The notes beneath the pieces were generated by a model that ran no database searches, was not told where the DNA came from, and saw only the letters and a program-made list of their open reading frames with translations. From Paraphysomonas bandaiensis (lineage: Eukaryota > Protista > Chrysophyceae), in contig CBFFRP010000324.1 in assembly GCA_965644295.1 (NCBI GenBank), positions 288,261 through 352,260 on the forward strand: 64,000 nt of DNA, given 5' to 3'. Both the position numbers and the translations under genes were made by a program. Shown piece after piece: positions 49,206-62,500 of the stretch; position 1 is the stretch's first letter, and every line of letters begins with the position of its first letter.

Positions 49206-51569
49206 ATGAGACGCGGATCTGTTAGTTTAAAGCCACCTCAATACTACTCTATAGCCTCAAGTAAAATATCGAATCCTTATGTACCTAAAGTCCTGTTAAC
49301 TGGTGATGGTGCTTTCACTTTAGAGCGAGGGAATGTATATGTTATTAAGTCCTTCTGTGATGCTGTATGTTTAAATCAGGAGGTGTGGGACATTGACTTT
49401 GATGATAAAATGCTATTGGCACTTACAAAGTGTGGTGATTTAGTAGTTTGGAAAGGAGATATGGACGGGTATTATGATGGATCGTGTTTAGAAGATAGCT
49501 GCCGACAGCTACTTCACTTGGATGGATATGACGAGACATCTTCATTTCATATGGTATGTTTCCGAGGCGAAGCTGGACTTATATGTGTTATCTCACCGGG
49601 CACACTTCGCCTGGTCAAGGTAGATCTTGATTTATCTATATCACTGTCTGTTTCGATGCCGCTGCCTGGACCTCAGAGCGAGTACATTGTTGAACCATTA
49701 CAGAATTGTGCACTGTGGGGAACGGAAAATTTATTTTTAGCATACAGCGTGTCTAGCAATAGCTTGTATATTCTTTCAATTGATCTGAACAATCCTGATG
49801 ACCCATTCCCAGTAAAGCATGTGCACGATCACCAGAATTGGGTCACTGCTCTCTCCAGAGGAATATGCTCTGTGTCAGCTTCTGGTGACAATGGCGGAGG
49901 ATTAACGCTTTGGAGGGCTACTGGACAGGGTTCTATTGAGTGTCTACACTCTGCTCCATCTTTTATAGACGTAGCGATCACTGCACTTCAGATGATTGAT
50001 AGCTGTACATTTTGGGTTGGTGGCGCGGACGGATGCCTCACTCTTTCTCAGTTCAATACTTACAATCCTGTCCCCTTGCGGATGCGAATGCTTTCTCTCC
50101 ATCCGCATGCCCAGGTAGATGCCTTATTCTGGGAGCGTCATGGCGCAGATTCCGCAGCCCCGATATCGCCAAGTTCAAGATGTAAGAGCGTATCTGGAAT
50201 TGTGTCCTCAGCCTGTGCAATTACTGCGAAAGCGGCTCTCATGGATACCTCCGACATTACAGACTCCATGTTTAGTGTATTTCCTGAGGTTTTTTCCTCC
50301 CCCCCTTTTGTCGGACACAAGTCGTTCATTTCGAACTGCCTGTACTTACCACGCTTGGGTGTGCTTGTTGTGGTAGACATTTCTTCAGATGTTACTCTCT
50401 GGAGTCTGAGCACACTGCAGTGCCTGCGGAAACTGAACACTGGCATATCTGAGTGCGACCGCGTTATGAGAATGGAAGGAAGTGAAAGGTCGGCTGAGAG
50501 TAGGGTAGAAGCAACTGTTTACTTCGGCTTGCACTCGGGCCGGGTAATTGAGTGCACTGTGTCTGCATCAGAGAAAAAATTGACAATGAGTCATATGACA
50601 CTTCGGGCGGAACAGTCTTTTTCCGTACTGGACCTAATGGAGTCTCTTTCTCGACCGGAATCTATGTACGTTACGCAGGATCAGGACACAGAGGCCAGAA
50701 GAAATGTAGGGTCTCTCATAGATGACGACGACAGTGTCCCTGGTGAAGAGGACAGAGAAGAACGTGGGATGGATTGGGCAGCAGTGTGTCGTCCATTTCT
50801 CCCGCAATATCCTTTCCCTCCCTTGCCTGTGTCTGACCTGTTCTTGTCGCCACACGCCACAGTGTTCTGTGCCTGTCACGCTCGCTGTACTTTGTATGTA
50901 CACTCGGTGCGAAACAATGCTCCCATCCTTCAGGTGGATCTGGATTACAATGATGTCGTCGATATCACGCAAGTACAGCCATGCACCGATTCGGCCGACA
51001 CAGCCGATAGTGACGCTCTACTCCTTGCCTTACTGGGGAAGAATATGCTCAAAGTTTTGGATGCTACGAAGGGGAAGATGACTTTTCAATGCCCTATTGA
51101 GTTGCCGATGTACTCTTCTACGTCATTTAAGCCCCAGTATTGTGGAATGTGGGATCTCTCAATTCCTGGAATATCAGAGGGTGGGGCAGGAGACTACTTC
51201 GGTATTGTTGTCAGCAACACCGGTAGCGCGTATGCAATTCGCGAGAACTGTCCCCCAACCCTTGTCTACGACAGTGATACTGATGACTTCTCAGCTAAGG
51301 ACCATCTTAGCGCAGTCCCGATCTGTGTCAAGTTAGAATACGTATGGAATTCGTTCATTGCTGTCATATCGACGTTTCGTTATTTAACATTCCTGAAGTT
51401 TGACATGTCGAAATGTACGCCATCAGTTTCCCGAGTACAGAAAGTTCGATTTTCAGATGAAAAGTCTAGAATAGTATACTTCGCTGCAGTAGATACTGAT
51501 TTCAGTACAAGGACAAATAGAGTGTTAGTGGTGCTCTCGGATGGAACATCTTATACTCTGGTAATGTAA
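49206..51569 (+). CDS. Divergent WD40/beta-propeller protein
   Basis: HQNWVTAL..SASGDNGGGLTLW and GHKSFISNC..DVTLWSL. ~790-codon ORF with first ATG at 49206. Confidence 0.65.
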   Translation: MRRGSVSLKPPQYYSIASSKISNPYVPKVLLTGDGAFTLERGNVYVIKSFCDAVCLNQEVWDIDFDDKMLLALTKCGDLVVWKGDMDGYYDGSCLEDSCRQLLHLDGYDETSSFHMVCFRGEAGLICVISPGTLRLVKVDLDLSISLSVSMPLPGPQSEYIVEPLQNCALWGTENLFLAYSVSSNSLYILSIDLNNPDDPFPVKHVHDHQNWVTALSRGICSVSASGDNGGGLTLWRATGQGSIECLHSAPSFIDVAITALQMIDSCTFWVGGADGCLTLSQFNTYNPVPLRMRMLSLHPHAQVDALFWERHGADSAAPISPSSRCKSVSGIVSSACAITAKAALMDTSDITDSMFSVFPEVFSSPPFVGHKSFISNCLYLPRLGVLVVVDISSDVTLWSLSTLQCLRKLNTGISECDRVMRMEGSERSAESRVEATVYFGLHSGRVIECTVSASEKKLTMSHMTLRAEQSFSVLDLMESLSRPESMYVTQDQDTEARRNVGSLIDDDDSVPGEEDREERGMDWAAVCRPFLPQYPFPPLPVSDLFLSPHATVFCACHARCTLYVHSVRNNAPILQVDLDYNDVVDITQVQPCTDSADTADSDALLLALLGKNMLKVLDATKGKMTFQCPIELPMYSSTSFKPQYCGMWDLSIPGISEGGAGDYFGIVVSNTGSAYAIRENCPPTLVYDSDTDDFSAKDHLSAVPICVKLEYVWNSFIAVISTFRYLTFLKFDMSKCTPSVSRVQKVRFSDEKSRIVYFAAVDTDFSTRTNRVLVVLSDGTSYTLVM

Positions 51570-52299
51570 ATGTAGATAATAATGGTCATATGTATCTTTT
51601 GTGTTTGAAGCCTTGTCGTCACACTGTAGAATAGTTTGAGAATATTTAAAAAAGAGCTTAAAGCTGTCCAGTCAGAAATGATATCTAGTATCATCAAGAA
51701 ATAACTACATACATGACAAGCAGTAAAGATAACAAAATCTACTAAATCATAATAGTACACATCTGATCTGGTGCTGGTTCTTGACGCCTACTGTTCATTG
51801 TGTCTGTTTCAGTTGTGTCATGTATAAATAAAATAACAAATCTGTAATATATTGTGTTTAGTCTCTATTTTAGTTTGAGGTGTGATATCTTGATCTAGCG
51901 ATGCTACAACATCATAATATATTATAAGTTTTGAATTTTGATTAAATCTACATCTTAAACCTTCGAAATTTGAAGACATTATTGTAGAGAGAAGAAAAAA
52001 CCGAAGGAAAAATGTATTTGAAACTATTGAACCTAAAAATTCATAAAATATACTAACCAAGAAACTAAACCATATTTATATATATATAAATAGAGCCAAA
52101 ATCTGAGACGAAGGGAAAAGGATATGAAGATGCCTTATTGCAAATAGAATTGAAAGATTGAAAATATGCAAATTGAAAGTATTTCAGGAAATTAAATACA
52201 ATAGTTGAATTATGAAACTTCGCTTCTCCGTATATACCGTACGTACTGTACGATTAACAGGTATATCACATACTAAATATAAAGTAGTGAATGTCTTTT

Positions 52300-52503
52300 A
52301 TTATAGGCGTTGAAGAGTCGGAACTAATGTAGCAAAACAATTTAAGTTACTAGTGCTTGACTTTGATACCCTACTTTTTTCGCTTCGACAGCTGCTTGTG
52401 CGTCACCGCAGGTACCAAGGTGCAGCCACTTTTGCTCTATTGCTCAAAGTAAACGCAGTGAGCAAGCAGAATGTTGATATACCTGACATCTGCTGACTTC
52501 AGG
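52300..52503. repeat. Dispersed repeat family A, truncated copy 3
   Basis: ataggcgtt ... gctgcttgtgcgtcaccgca ... aaacgcagtgagcaagcagaatgttga ... ctgacatctgctgacttcagg matches 4490-4660. Confidence 0.85.
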
Positions 52504-52758
52504 GTACAAAATAAAAAAATCGTACTTGTCTCTCTCTTATATCGTCACACCACTCTCTTTATCCATGTTAGAAAATGACATACCTAAACAATAATTTTAC
52601 TCTATCTAAGCTGATATTATAAATTATAGTCAATATCTCTGATCGTTTCACTCATTTCTCGTACGATCTTACGTCGCCACTAAGTTGCATCGTCACTATA
52701 TATCATTTCACTAATATATATTTATAATCACGATATTAATTCTCGTAATACATTTAAC

Positions 52759-53251
52759 CAGGGCTAGGGAAAAATATATTGATGGAGTTAGATAACTCCT
52801 CACCAATAATATTGATGGAGTTTTTGAACCGACCCAACGATACAATTTAACACTTGCGTAGATACCAAACCAGTCACTACATCTGGTGGCCTTTGATTCT
52901 TGATACAGGACCTCTTATACGCAATCACTAGAGCAGAACCTGAGAGATAAAGGACCATCGTCACTTCTTACCAGTGTGATATATGTGATGTATACATGCA
53001 TTAAGCGATACGCAAAACCAAGGAAATAATATCAAAAACTTTTCCGGATATTTGTGTTCATGGACTTATGCTTTGCACCCTACAGTTGAGAATCATTTTA
53101 TATGATTATCATAATATTGTGAGCCACTTTAACAGAATCAATTATTGAACTACAACTAACTCCTACATGCGTACTTAAAAATATTTGGCCGGTCCACCAA
53201 TCAATATATTTTACAATATATTGCAAATCAACATAATGCTCCCTAGCCCTG
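52759..53251. mobile_element. hAT-like MITE (~493 bp)
   Basis: 12-bp TIRs CAGGGCTAGGGA / TCCCTAGCCCTG. The 8-mer CTCGTAAT sits directly right of the element and 9 nt left of it. The element interrupts repeat family B. Confidence 0.6.
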
Positions 53252-53539
53252 CTCGTAATGGTTTAAACTTAAATACCTTATAACTATAGCTCTCAATTGC
53301 TCTCAACAAGCAAAACACGATATACTAGCGCTATGATTCAGAGTTTATGCTGAGGGTACTGACTGGCATCTTCAAGAGATATATATTGTCTACAATATAA
53401 ACATGTGGAACGTCTGTCTGTAAAGTCTGTCTGAGACGAGGCAAGGTCAAATCATATAACAGCAGAAAAGCACACCAAGTGCATACTACTTAACAGTAGC
53501 GTAAGCATTCAAGTCATAAATTTAAGAAATACCGGTTAG

Positions 53540-56500
53540 GTGTGTACGATATTTGCTAGGAGAAAAAGGTACAGCTGATTGGTTTGCGATGCATAAACCT
53601 CACAGCACCAATATCTCGGCTTAAATAACGGTTACTATTCCGAGATAACTTGGGTCAATGATTTATGTATAGAAATCAGGACCTAATGGGTCTCGGGAAA
53701 TACGCAGATATATACAACATTGCTATTCGACTTCTCTACCATATAAAAATAACAGCACACACTTACCACTACAATAATCATAACACATTGCTCAATTCAC
53801 GAAGGCCTTATCCAGTGTATACCGTAATGATTTCCACAACATCGTTACGGGTTATATACCCGGTACCTAGTATGATGAAACACATTAGAGTTAATCATAT
53901 CACTCAACGGAAAATAGACGTATATATATAAGGTATGTACGATATTTGCTAGGAGAAAAAGGTACAGCTGATTGGTTTGCGATGCATAAACCTCACAGCA
54001 CCAATATCTCGGCTTAAATAACGGTTACTATTCCGAGATAACTTGGGTCAATGATTTATGTATAGAAATCAGGACCTAATGGGTCTCGGGAAATACGCAG
54101 ATATATACAACATTGCTATTCGACTTCTCTACCATATAAAAATAACAGCACACACTTACCACTACAATAATCATAACACATTGCTCAATTCACGAAGGCC
54201 TTATCCAGTGTATACCGTAATGATTTCCACAACATCGTTACGGGTTATATACCCGGTACCTAGTATGATGAAACACATTAGAGTTAATCATATCACTCAG
54301 CGGAAAATAGACGTATATATATAAGGTATGTACGATATTTGCTAGGAGAAAAAGGTACAGCTGATTGGTTTGCGATGCATAAACCTCACAGCACCAATAT
54401 CTCGGCTTAAATAACGGTTACTATTCCGAGATAACTTGGGTCAATGATTTATGTATAGAAATCAGGACCTAATGGGTCTCGGGAATACGCAGATATATAC
54501 AACATTGCTATTCGACTTCTCTACCATATAAAAATAACAGCACACACTTACCACTACAATAATCATAACACATTGCTCAATTCACGAAGGCCTTATCCAG
54601 TGTATACCGTAATGATTTCCACAACATCGTTACGGGTTATATACCCGGTACCTAGTATGATGAAACACATTAGAGTTAATCATATCACTCAGCGGAAAAT
54701 AGACGTATATATATAAGGTATGTACGATATTTGCTAGGAGAAAAAGGTACAGCTGATTGGTTTGCGATGCATAAACCTCACAGCACCAATATCTCGGCTT
54801 AAATAACGGTTACTATTCCGAGATAACTTGGGTCAATGATTTATGTATAGAAATCAGGACCTAATGGGTCTCGGGAATACGCAGATATATACAACATTGC
54901 TATTCGACTTCTCTACCATATAAAAATAACAGCACACACTTACCACTACAATAATCATAACACATTGCTCAATTCACGAAGGCCTTATCCAGTGTATACC
55001 GTAATGATTTCCACAACATCGTTACGGGTTATATACCCGGTACCTAGTATGATGAAACACATTAGAGTTAATCATATCACTCAGCGGAAAATAGACGTAT
55101 ATATATAAGGTATGTACGATATTTGCTAGGAGAAAAAGGTACAGCTGATTGGTTTGCGATGCATAAACCTCACAGCACCAATATCTCGGCTTAAATAACG
55201 GTTACTATTCCGAGATAACTTGGGTCAATGATTTATGTATAGAAATCAGGACCTAATGGGTCTCGGGAATACGCAGATATATACAACATTGCTATTCGAC
55301 TTCTCTACCATATAAAAATAACAGCACACACTTACCACTACAATAATCATAACACATTGCTCAATTCACGAAGGCCTTATCCAGTGTATACCGTAATGAT
55401 TTCCACAACATCGTTACGGGTTATATACCCGGTACCTAGTATGATGAAACACATTAGAGTTAATCATATCACTCAGCGGAAAATAGACGTATATATATAA
55501 GGTATGTACGATATTTGCTAGGAGAAAAAGGTACAGCTGATTGGTTTGCGATGCATAAACCTCACAGCACCAATATCTCGGCTTAAATAACGGTTACTAT
55601 TCCGAGATAACTTGGGTCAATGATTTATGTATAGAAATCAGGACCTAATGGGTCTCGGGAAATACGCAGATATATACAACATTGCTATTCGACTTCTCTA
55701 CCATATAAAAATAACAGCACACACTTACCACTACAATAATCATAACACATTGCTCAATTCACGAAGGCCTTATCCAGTGTATACCGTAATGATTTCCACA
55801 ACATCGTTACGGGTTATATACCCGGTACCTAGTATGATGAAACACATTAGAGTTAATCATATCACTCAGCGGAAAATAGACGTATATATATAAGGTATGT
55901 ACGATATTTGCTAGGAGAAAAAGGTACAGCTGATTGGTTTGCGATGCATAAACCTCACAGCACCAATATCTCGGCTTAAATAACGGTTACTATTCCGAGA
56001 TAACTTGGGTCAATGATTTATGTATAGAAATCAGGACCTAATGGGTCTCGGGAATACGCAGATATATACAACATTGCTATTCGACTTCTCTACCATATAA
56101 AAATAACAGCACACACTTACCACTACAATAATCATAACACATTGCTCAATTCACGAAGGCCTTATCCAGTGTATACCGTAATGATTTCCACAACATCGTT
56201 ACGGGTTATATACCCGGTACCTAGTATGATGAAACACATTAGAGTTAATCATATCACTCAGCGGAAAATAGACGTATATATATAAGGTATGTACGATATT
56301 TGCTAGGAGAAAAAGGTACAGCTGATTGGTTTGCGATGCATAAACCTCACAGCACCAATATCTCGGCTTAAATAACGGTTACTATTCCGAGATAACTTGG
56401 GTCAATGATTTATGTATAGAAATCAGGACCTAATGGGTCTCGGGAATACGCAGGTATATACAACATTGCTATTCGACTTCTCTACCATATAAAAATAACA

Positions 56501-59500
56501 GCACACACTTACCACTACAATAATCATAACACATTGCTCAATTCACGAAGGCCTTATCCAGTGTATACCGTAATGATTTCCACAACATCGTTACGGGTTA
56601 TATACCCGGTACCTAGTATGATGAAACACATTAGAGTTAATCATATCACTCAGCGGAAAATAGACGTATATATATAAGGTGTGTACGATATTTGCTAGGA
56701 GAAAAAGGTACAGCTGATTGGTTTGCGATGCATAAACCTCACAGCACCAATATCTCGGCTTAAATAACGGTTACTATTCCGAGATAACTTGGGTCAATGA
56801 TTTATGTATAGAAATCAGGACCTAATGGGTCTCGGGAAATACGCAGGTATATACAACATTGCTATTCGACTTCTCTACCATATAAAAATAACAGCACACA
56901 CTTACCACTACAATAATCATAACACATTGCTCAATTCACGAAGGCCTTATCCAGTGTATACCGTAATGATTTCCACAACATCGTTACGGGTTATATACCC
57001 GGTACCTAGTATGATGAAACACATTAGAGTTAATCATATCACTCAGCGGAAAATAGACGTATATATATAAGGTATGTACGATATTTGCTAGGAGAAAAAG
57101 GTACAGCTGATTGGTTTGCGATGCATAAACCTCACAGCACCAATATCTCGGCTTAAATAACGGTTACTATTCCGAGATAACTTGGGTCAATGATTTATGT
57201 ATAGAAATCAGGACCTAATGGGTCTCGGGAATACGCAGGTATATACAACATTGCTATTCGACTTCTCTACCATATAAAAATAACAGCACACACTTACCAC
57301 TACAATAATCATAACACATTGCTCAATTCACGAAGGCCTTATCCAGTGTATACCGTAATGATTTCCACAACATCGTTACGGGTTATATACCCGGTACCTA
57401 GTATGATGAAACACATTAGAGTTAATCATATCACTCAGCGGAAAATAGACGTATATATATAAGGTGTGTACGATATTTGCTAGGAGAAAAAGGTACAGCT
57501 GATTGGTTTGCGATGCATAAACCTCACAGCACCAATATCTCGGCTTAAATAACGGTTACTATTCCGAGATAACTTGGGTCAATGATTTATGTATAGAAAT
57601 CAGGACCTAATGGGTCTCGGGAAATACGCAGGTATATACAACATTGCTATTCGACTTCTCTACCAATTAAAAATAACAGCACACACTTACCACTACAATA
57701 ATCATAACACATTGCTCAATTCACGAAGGCCTTATCCAGTGTATACCGTAATGATTTCCACAACATCGTTACGGGTTATATACCCGGTACCTAGTATGAT
57801 GAAACACATTAGAGTTAATCATATCACTCAGCGGAAAATAGACGTATATATATAAGGTGTGTACGATATTTGCTAGGAGAAAAAGGTACAGCTGATTGGT
57901 TTGCGATGCATAAACCTCACAGCACCAATATCTCGGCTTAAATAACGGTTACTATTCCGAGATAACTTGGGTCAATGATTTATGTATAGAAATCAGGACC
58001 TAATGGGTCTCGGGAAATACGCAGGTATATACAACATTGCTATTCGACTTCTCTACCATATAAAAATAACAGCACACACTTACCACTACAATAATCATAA
58101 CACATTGCTCAATTCACGAAGGCCTTATCCAGTGTATACCGTAATGATTTCCACAACATCGTTACGGGTTATATACCCGGTACCTAGTATGATGAAACAC
58201 ATTAGAGTTAATCATATCACTCAGCGGAAAATAGACGTATATATATAAGGTGTGTACGATATTTGCTAGGAGAAAAAGGTACAGCTGATTGGTTTGCGAT
58301 GCATAAACCTCACAGCACCAATATCTCGGCTTAAATAACGGTTACTATTCCGAGATAACTTGGGTCAATGATTTATGTATAGAAATCAGGACCTAATGGG
58401 TCTCGGGAAATACGCAGGTATATACAACATTGCTATTCGACTTCTCTACCATATAAAAATAACAGCACACACTTACCACTACAATAATCATAACACATTG
58501 CTCAATTCACGAAGGCCTTATCCAGTGTATACCGTAATGATTTCCACAACATCGTTACGGGTTATATACCCGGTACCTAGTATGATGAAACACATTAGAG
58601 TTAATCATATCACTCAGCGGAAAATAGACGTATATATATAAGGTGTGTACGATATTTGCTAGGAGAAAAAGGTACAGCTGATTGGTTTGCGATGCATAAA
58701 CCTCACAGCACCAATATCTCGGCTTAAATAACGGTTACTATTCCGAGATAACTTGGGTCAATGATTTATGTATAGAAATCAGGACCTAATGGGTCTCGGG
58801 AAATACGCAGGTATATACAACATTGCTATTCGACTTCTCTACCATATAAAAATAACAGCACACACTTACCACTACAATAATCATAACACATTGCTCAATT
58901 CACGAAGGCCTTATCCAGTGTATACCGTAATGATTTCCTATTCGACTTCTCTACCATATAAAAATAACAGCACACACTTACCACTACAATAATCATAACA
59001 CATTGCTCAATTCACGAAGGCCTTATCCAGTGTATACCGTAATGATTTCCACAACATCGTTACGGGTTATATACCCGGTACCTAGTATGATGAAACACAT
59101 TAGAGTTAATCATATCACTCAGCGGAAAATAGACGTATATATATAAGGTATGTACGATATTTGCTAGGAGAAAAAGGTACAGCTGATTGGTTTGCGATGC
59201 ATAAACCTCACAGCACCAATATCTCGGCTTAAATAACGGTTACTATTCCGAGATAACTTGGGTCAATGATTTATGTATAGAAATCAGGACCTAATGGGTC
59301 TCGGGAAATACGCAGGTATATACAACATTGCTATTCGACTTCTCTACCATATAAAAATAACAGCACACACTTACCACTACAATAATCATAACACATTGCT
59401 CAATTCACGAAGGCCTTATCCAGTGTATACCGTAATGATTTCCACAACATCGTTACGGGTTATATACCCGGTACCTAGTATGATGAAACACATTAGAGTT

Positions 59501-62500
59501 AATCATATCACTCAGCGGAAAATAGACGTATATATATAAGGTATGTACGATATTTGCTAGGAGAAAAAGGTACAGCTGATTGGTTTGCGATGCATAAACC
59601 TCACAGCACCAATATCTCGGCTTAAATAACGGTTACTATTCCGAGATAACTTGGGTCAATGATTTATGTATAGAAATCAGGACCTAATGGGTCTCGGGAA
59701 ATACGCAGGTATATACAACATTGCTATTCGACTTCTCTACCATATAAAAATAACAGCACACACTTACCACTACAATAATCATAACACATTGCTCAATTCA
59801 CGAAGGCCTTATCCAGTGTATACCGTAATGATTTCCACAACATCGTTACGGGTTATATACCCGGTACCTAGTATGATGAAACACATTAGAGTTAATCATA
59901 TCACTCAGCGGAAAATAGACGTATATATATAAGGTATGTACGATATTTGCTAGGAGAAAAAGGTACAGCTGATTGGTTTGCGATGCATAAACCTCACAGC
60001 ACCAATATCTCGGCTTAAATAACGGTTACTATTCCGAGATAACTTGGGTCAATGATTTATGTATAGAAATCAGGACCTAATGGGTCTCGGGAAATACGCA
60101 GATATATACAACATTGCTATTCGACTTCTCTACCATATAAAAATAACAGCACACACTTACCACTACAATAATCATAACACATTGCTCAATTCACGAAGGC
60201 CTTATCCAGTGTATACCGTAATGATTTCCACAACATCGTTACGGGTTATATACCCGGTACCTAGTATGATGAAACACATTAGAGTTAATCATATCACTCA
60301 GCGGAAAATAGACGTATATATATAAGGTATGTACGATATTTGCTAGGAGAAAAAGGTACAGCTGATTGGTTTGCGATGCATAAACCTCACAGCACCAATA
60401 TCTCGGCTTAAATAACGGTTACTATTCCGAGATAACTTGGGTCAATGATTTATGTATAGAAATCAGGACCTAATGGGTCTCGGGAATACGCAGATATATA
60501 CAACATTGCTATTCGACTTCTCTACCATATAAAAATAACAGCACACACTTACCACTACAATAATCATAACACATTGCTCAATTCACGAAGGCCTTATCCA
60601 GTGTATACCGTAATGATTTCCACAACATCGTTACGGGTTATATACCCGGTACCTAGTATGATGAAACACATTAGAGTTAATCATATCACTCAGCGGAAAA
60701 TAGACGTATATATATAAGGTGTGTACGATATTTGCTAGGAGAAAAAGGTACAGCTGATTGGTTTGCGATGCATAAACCTCACAGCACCAATATCTCGGCT
60801 TAAATAACGGTTACTATTCCGAGATAACTTGGGTCAATGATTTATGTATAGAAATCAGGACCTAATGGGTCTCGGGAATACGCAGGTATATACAACATTG
60901 CTATTCGACTTCTCTACCATATAAAAATAACAGCACACACTTACCACTACAATAATCATAACACATTGCTCAATTCACGAAGGCCTTATCCAGTGTATAC
61001 CGTAATGATTTCCACAACATCGTTACGGGTTATATACCCGGTACCTAGTATGATGAAACACATTAGAGTTAATCATATCACTCAGCGGAAAATAGACGTA
61101 TATATATAAGGTATGTACGATATTTGCTAGGAGAAAAAGGTACAGCTGATTGGTTTGCGATGCATAAACCTCACAGCACCAATATCTCGGCTTAAATAAC
61201 GGTTACTATTCCGAGATAACTTGGGTCAATGATTTATGTATAGAAATCAGGACCTAATGGGTCTCGGGAAATACGCAGGTATATACAACATTGCTATTCG
61301 ACTTCTCTACCATATAAAAATAACAGCACACACTTACCACTACAATAATCATAACACATTGCTCAATTCACGAAGGCCTTATCCAGTGTATACCGTAATG
61401 ATTTCCACAACATCGTTACGGGTTATATACCCGGTACCTAGTATGATGAAACACATTAGAGTTAATCATATCACTCAGCGGAAAATAGACGTATATATAT
61501 AAGGTATGTACGATATTTGCTAGGAGAAAAAGGTACAGCTGATTGGTTTGCGATGCATAAACCTCACAGCACCAATATCTCGGCTTAAATAACGGTTACT
61601 ATTCCGAGATAACTTGGGTCAATGATTTATGTATAGAAATCAGGACCTAATGGGTCTCGGGAAATACGCAGGTATATACAACATTGCTATTCGACTTCTC
61701 TACCATATAAAAATAACAGCACACACTTACCACTACAATAATCATAACACATTGCTCAATTCACGAAGGCCTTATCCAGTGTATACCGTAATGATTTCCA
61801 CAACATCGTTACGGGTTATATACCCGGTACCTAGTATGATGAAACACATTAGAGTTAATCATATCACTCAGCGGAAAATAGACGTATATATATAAGGTGT
61901 GTACGATATTTGCTAGGAGAAAAAGGTACAGCTGATTGGTTTGCGATGCATAAACCTCACAGCACCAATATCTCGGCTTAAATAACGGTTACTATTCCGA
62001 GATAACTTGGGTCAATGATTTATGTATAGAAATCAGGACCTAATGGGTCTCGGGAAATACGCAGGTATATACAACATTGCTATTCGACTTCTCTACCATA
62101 TAAAAATAACAGCACACACTTACCACTACAATAATCATAACACATTGCTCAATTCACGAAGGCCTTATCCAGTGTATACCGTAATGATTTCCACAACATC
62201 GTTACGGGTTATATACCCGGTACCTAGTATGATGAAACACATTAGAGTTAATCATATCACTCAGCGGAAAATAGACGTATATATATAAGGTATGTACGAT
62301 ATTTGCTAGGAGAAAAAGGTACAGCTGATTGGTTTGCGATGCATAAACCTCACAGCACCAATATCTCGGCTTAAATAACGGTTACTATTCCGAGATAACT
62401 TGGGTCAATGATTTATGTATAGAAATCAGGACCTAATGGGTCTCGGGAAATACGCAGGTATATACAACATTGCTATTCGACTTCTCTACCATATAAAAAT

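Noticed and set aside
53760-53870. Minus-strand EF-hand-like peptide GTGYITRNDVVEII with intron-like signals in the satellite unit
   Set aside because: No stop-free spliced frame could be assembled across the unit.
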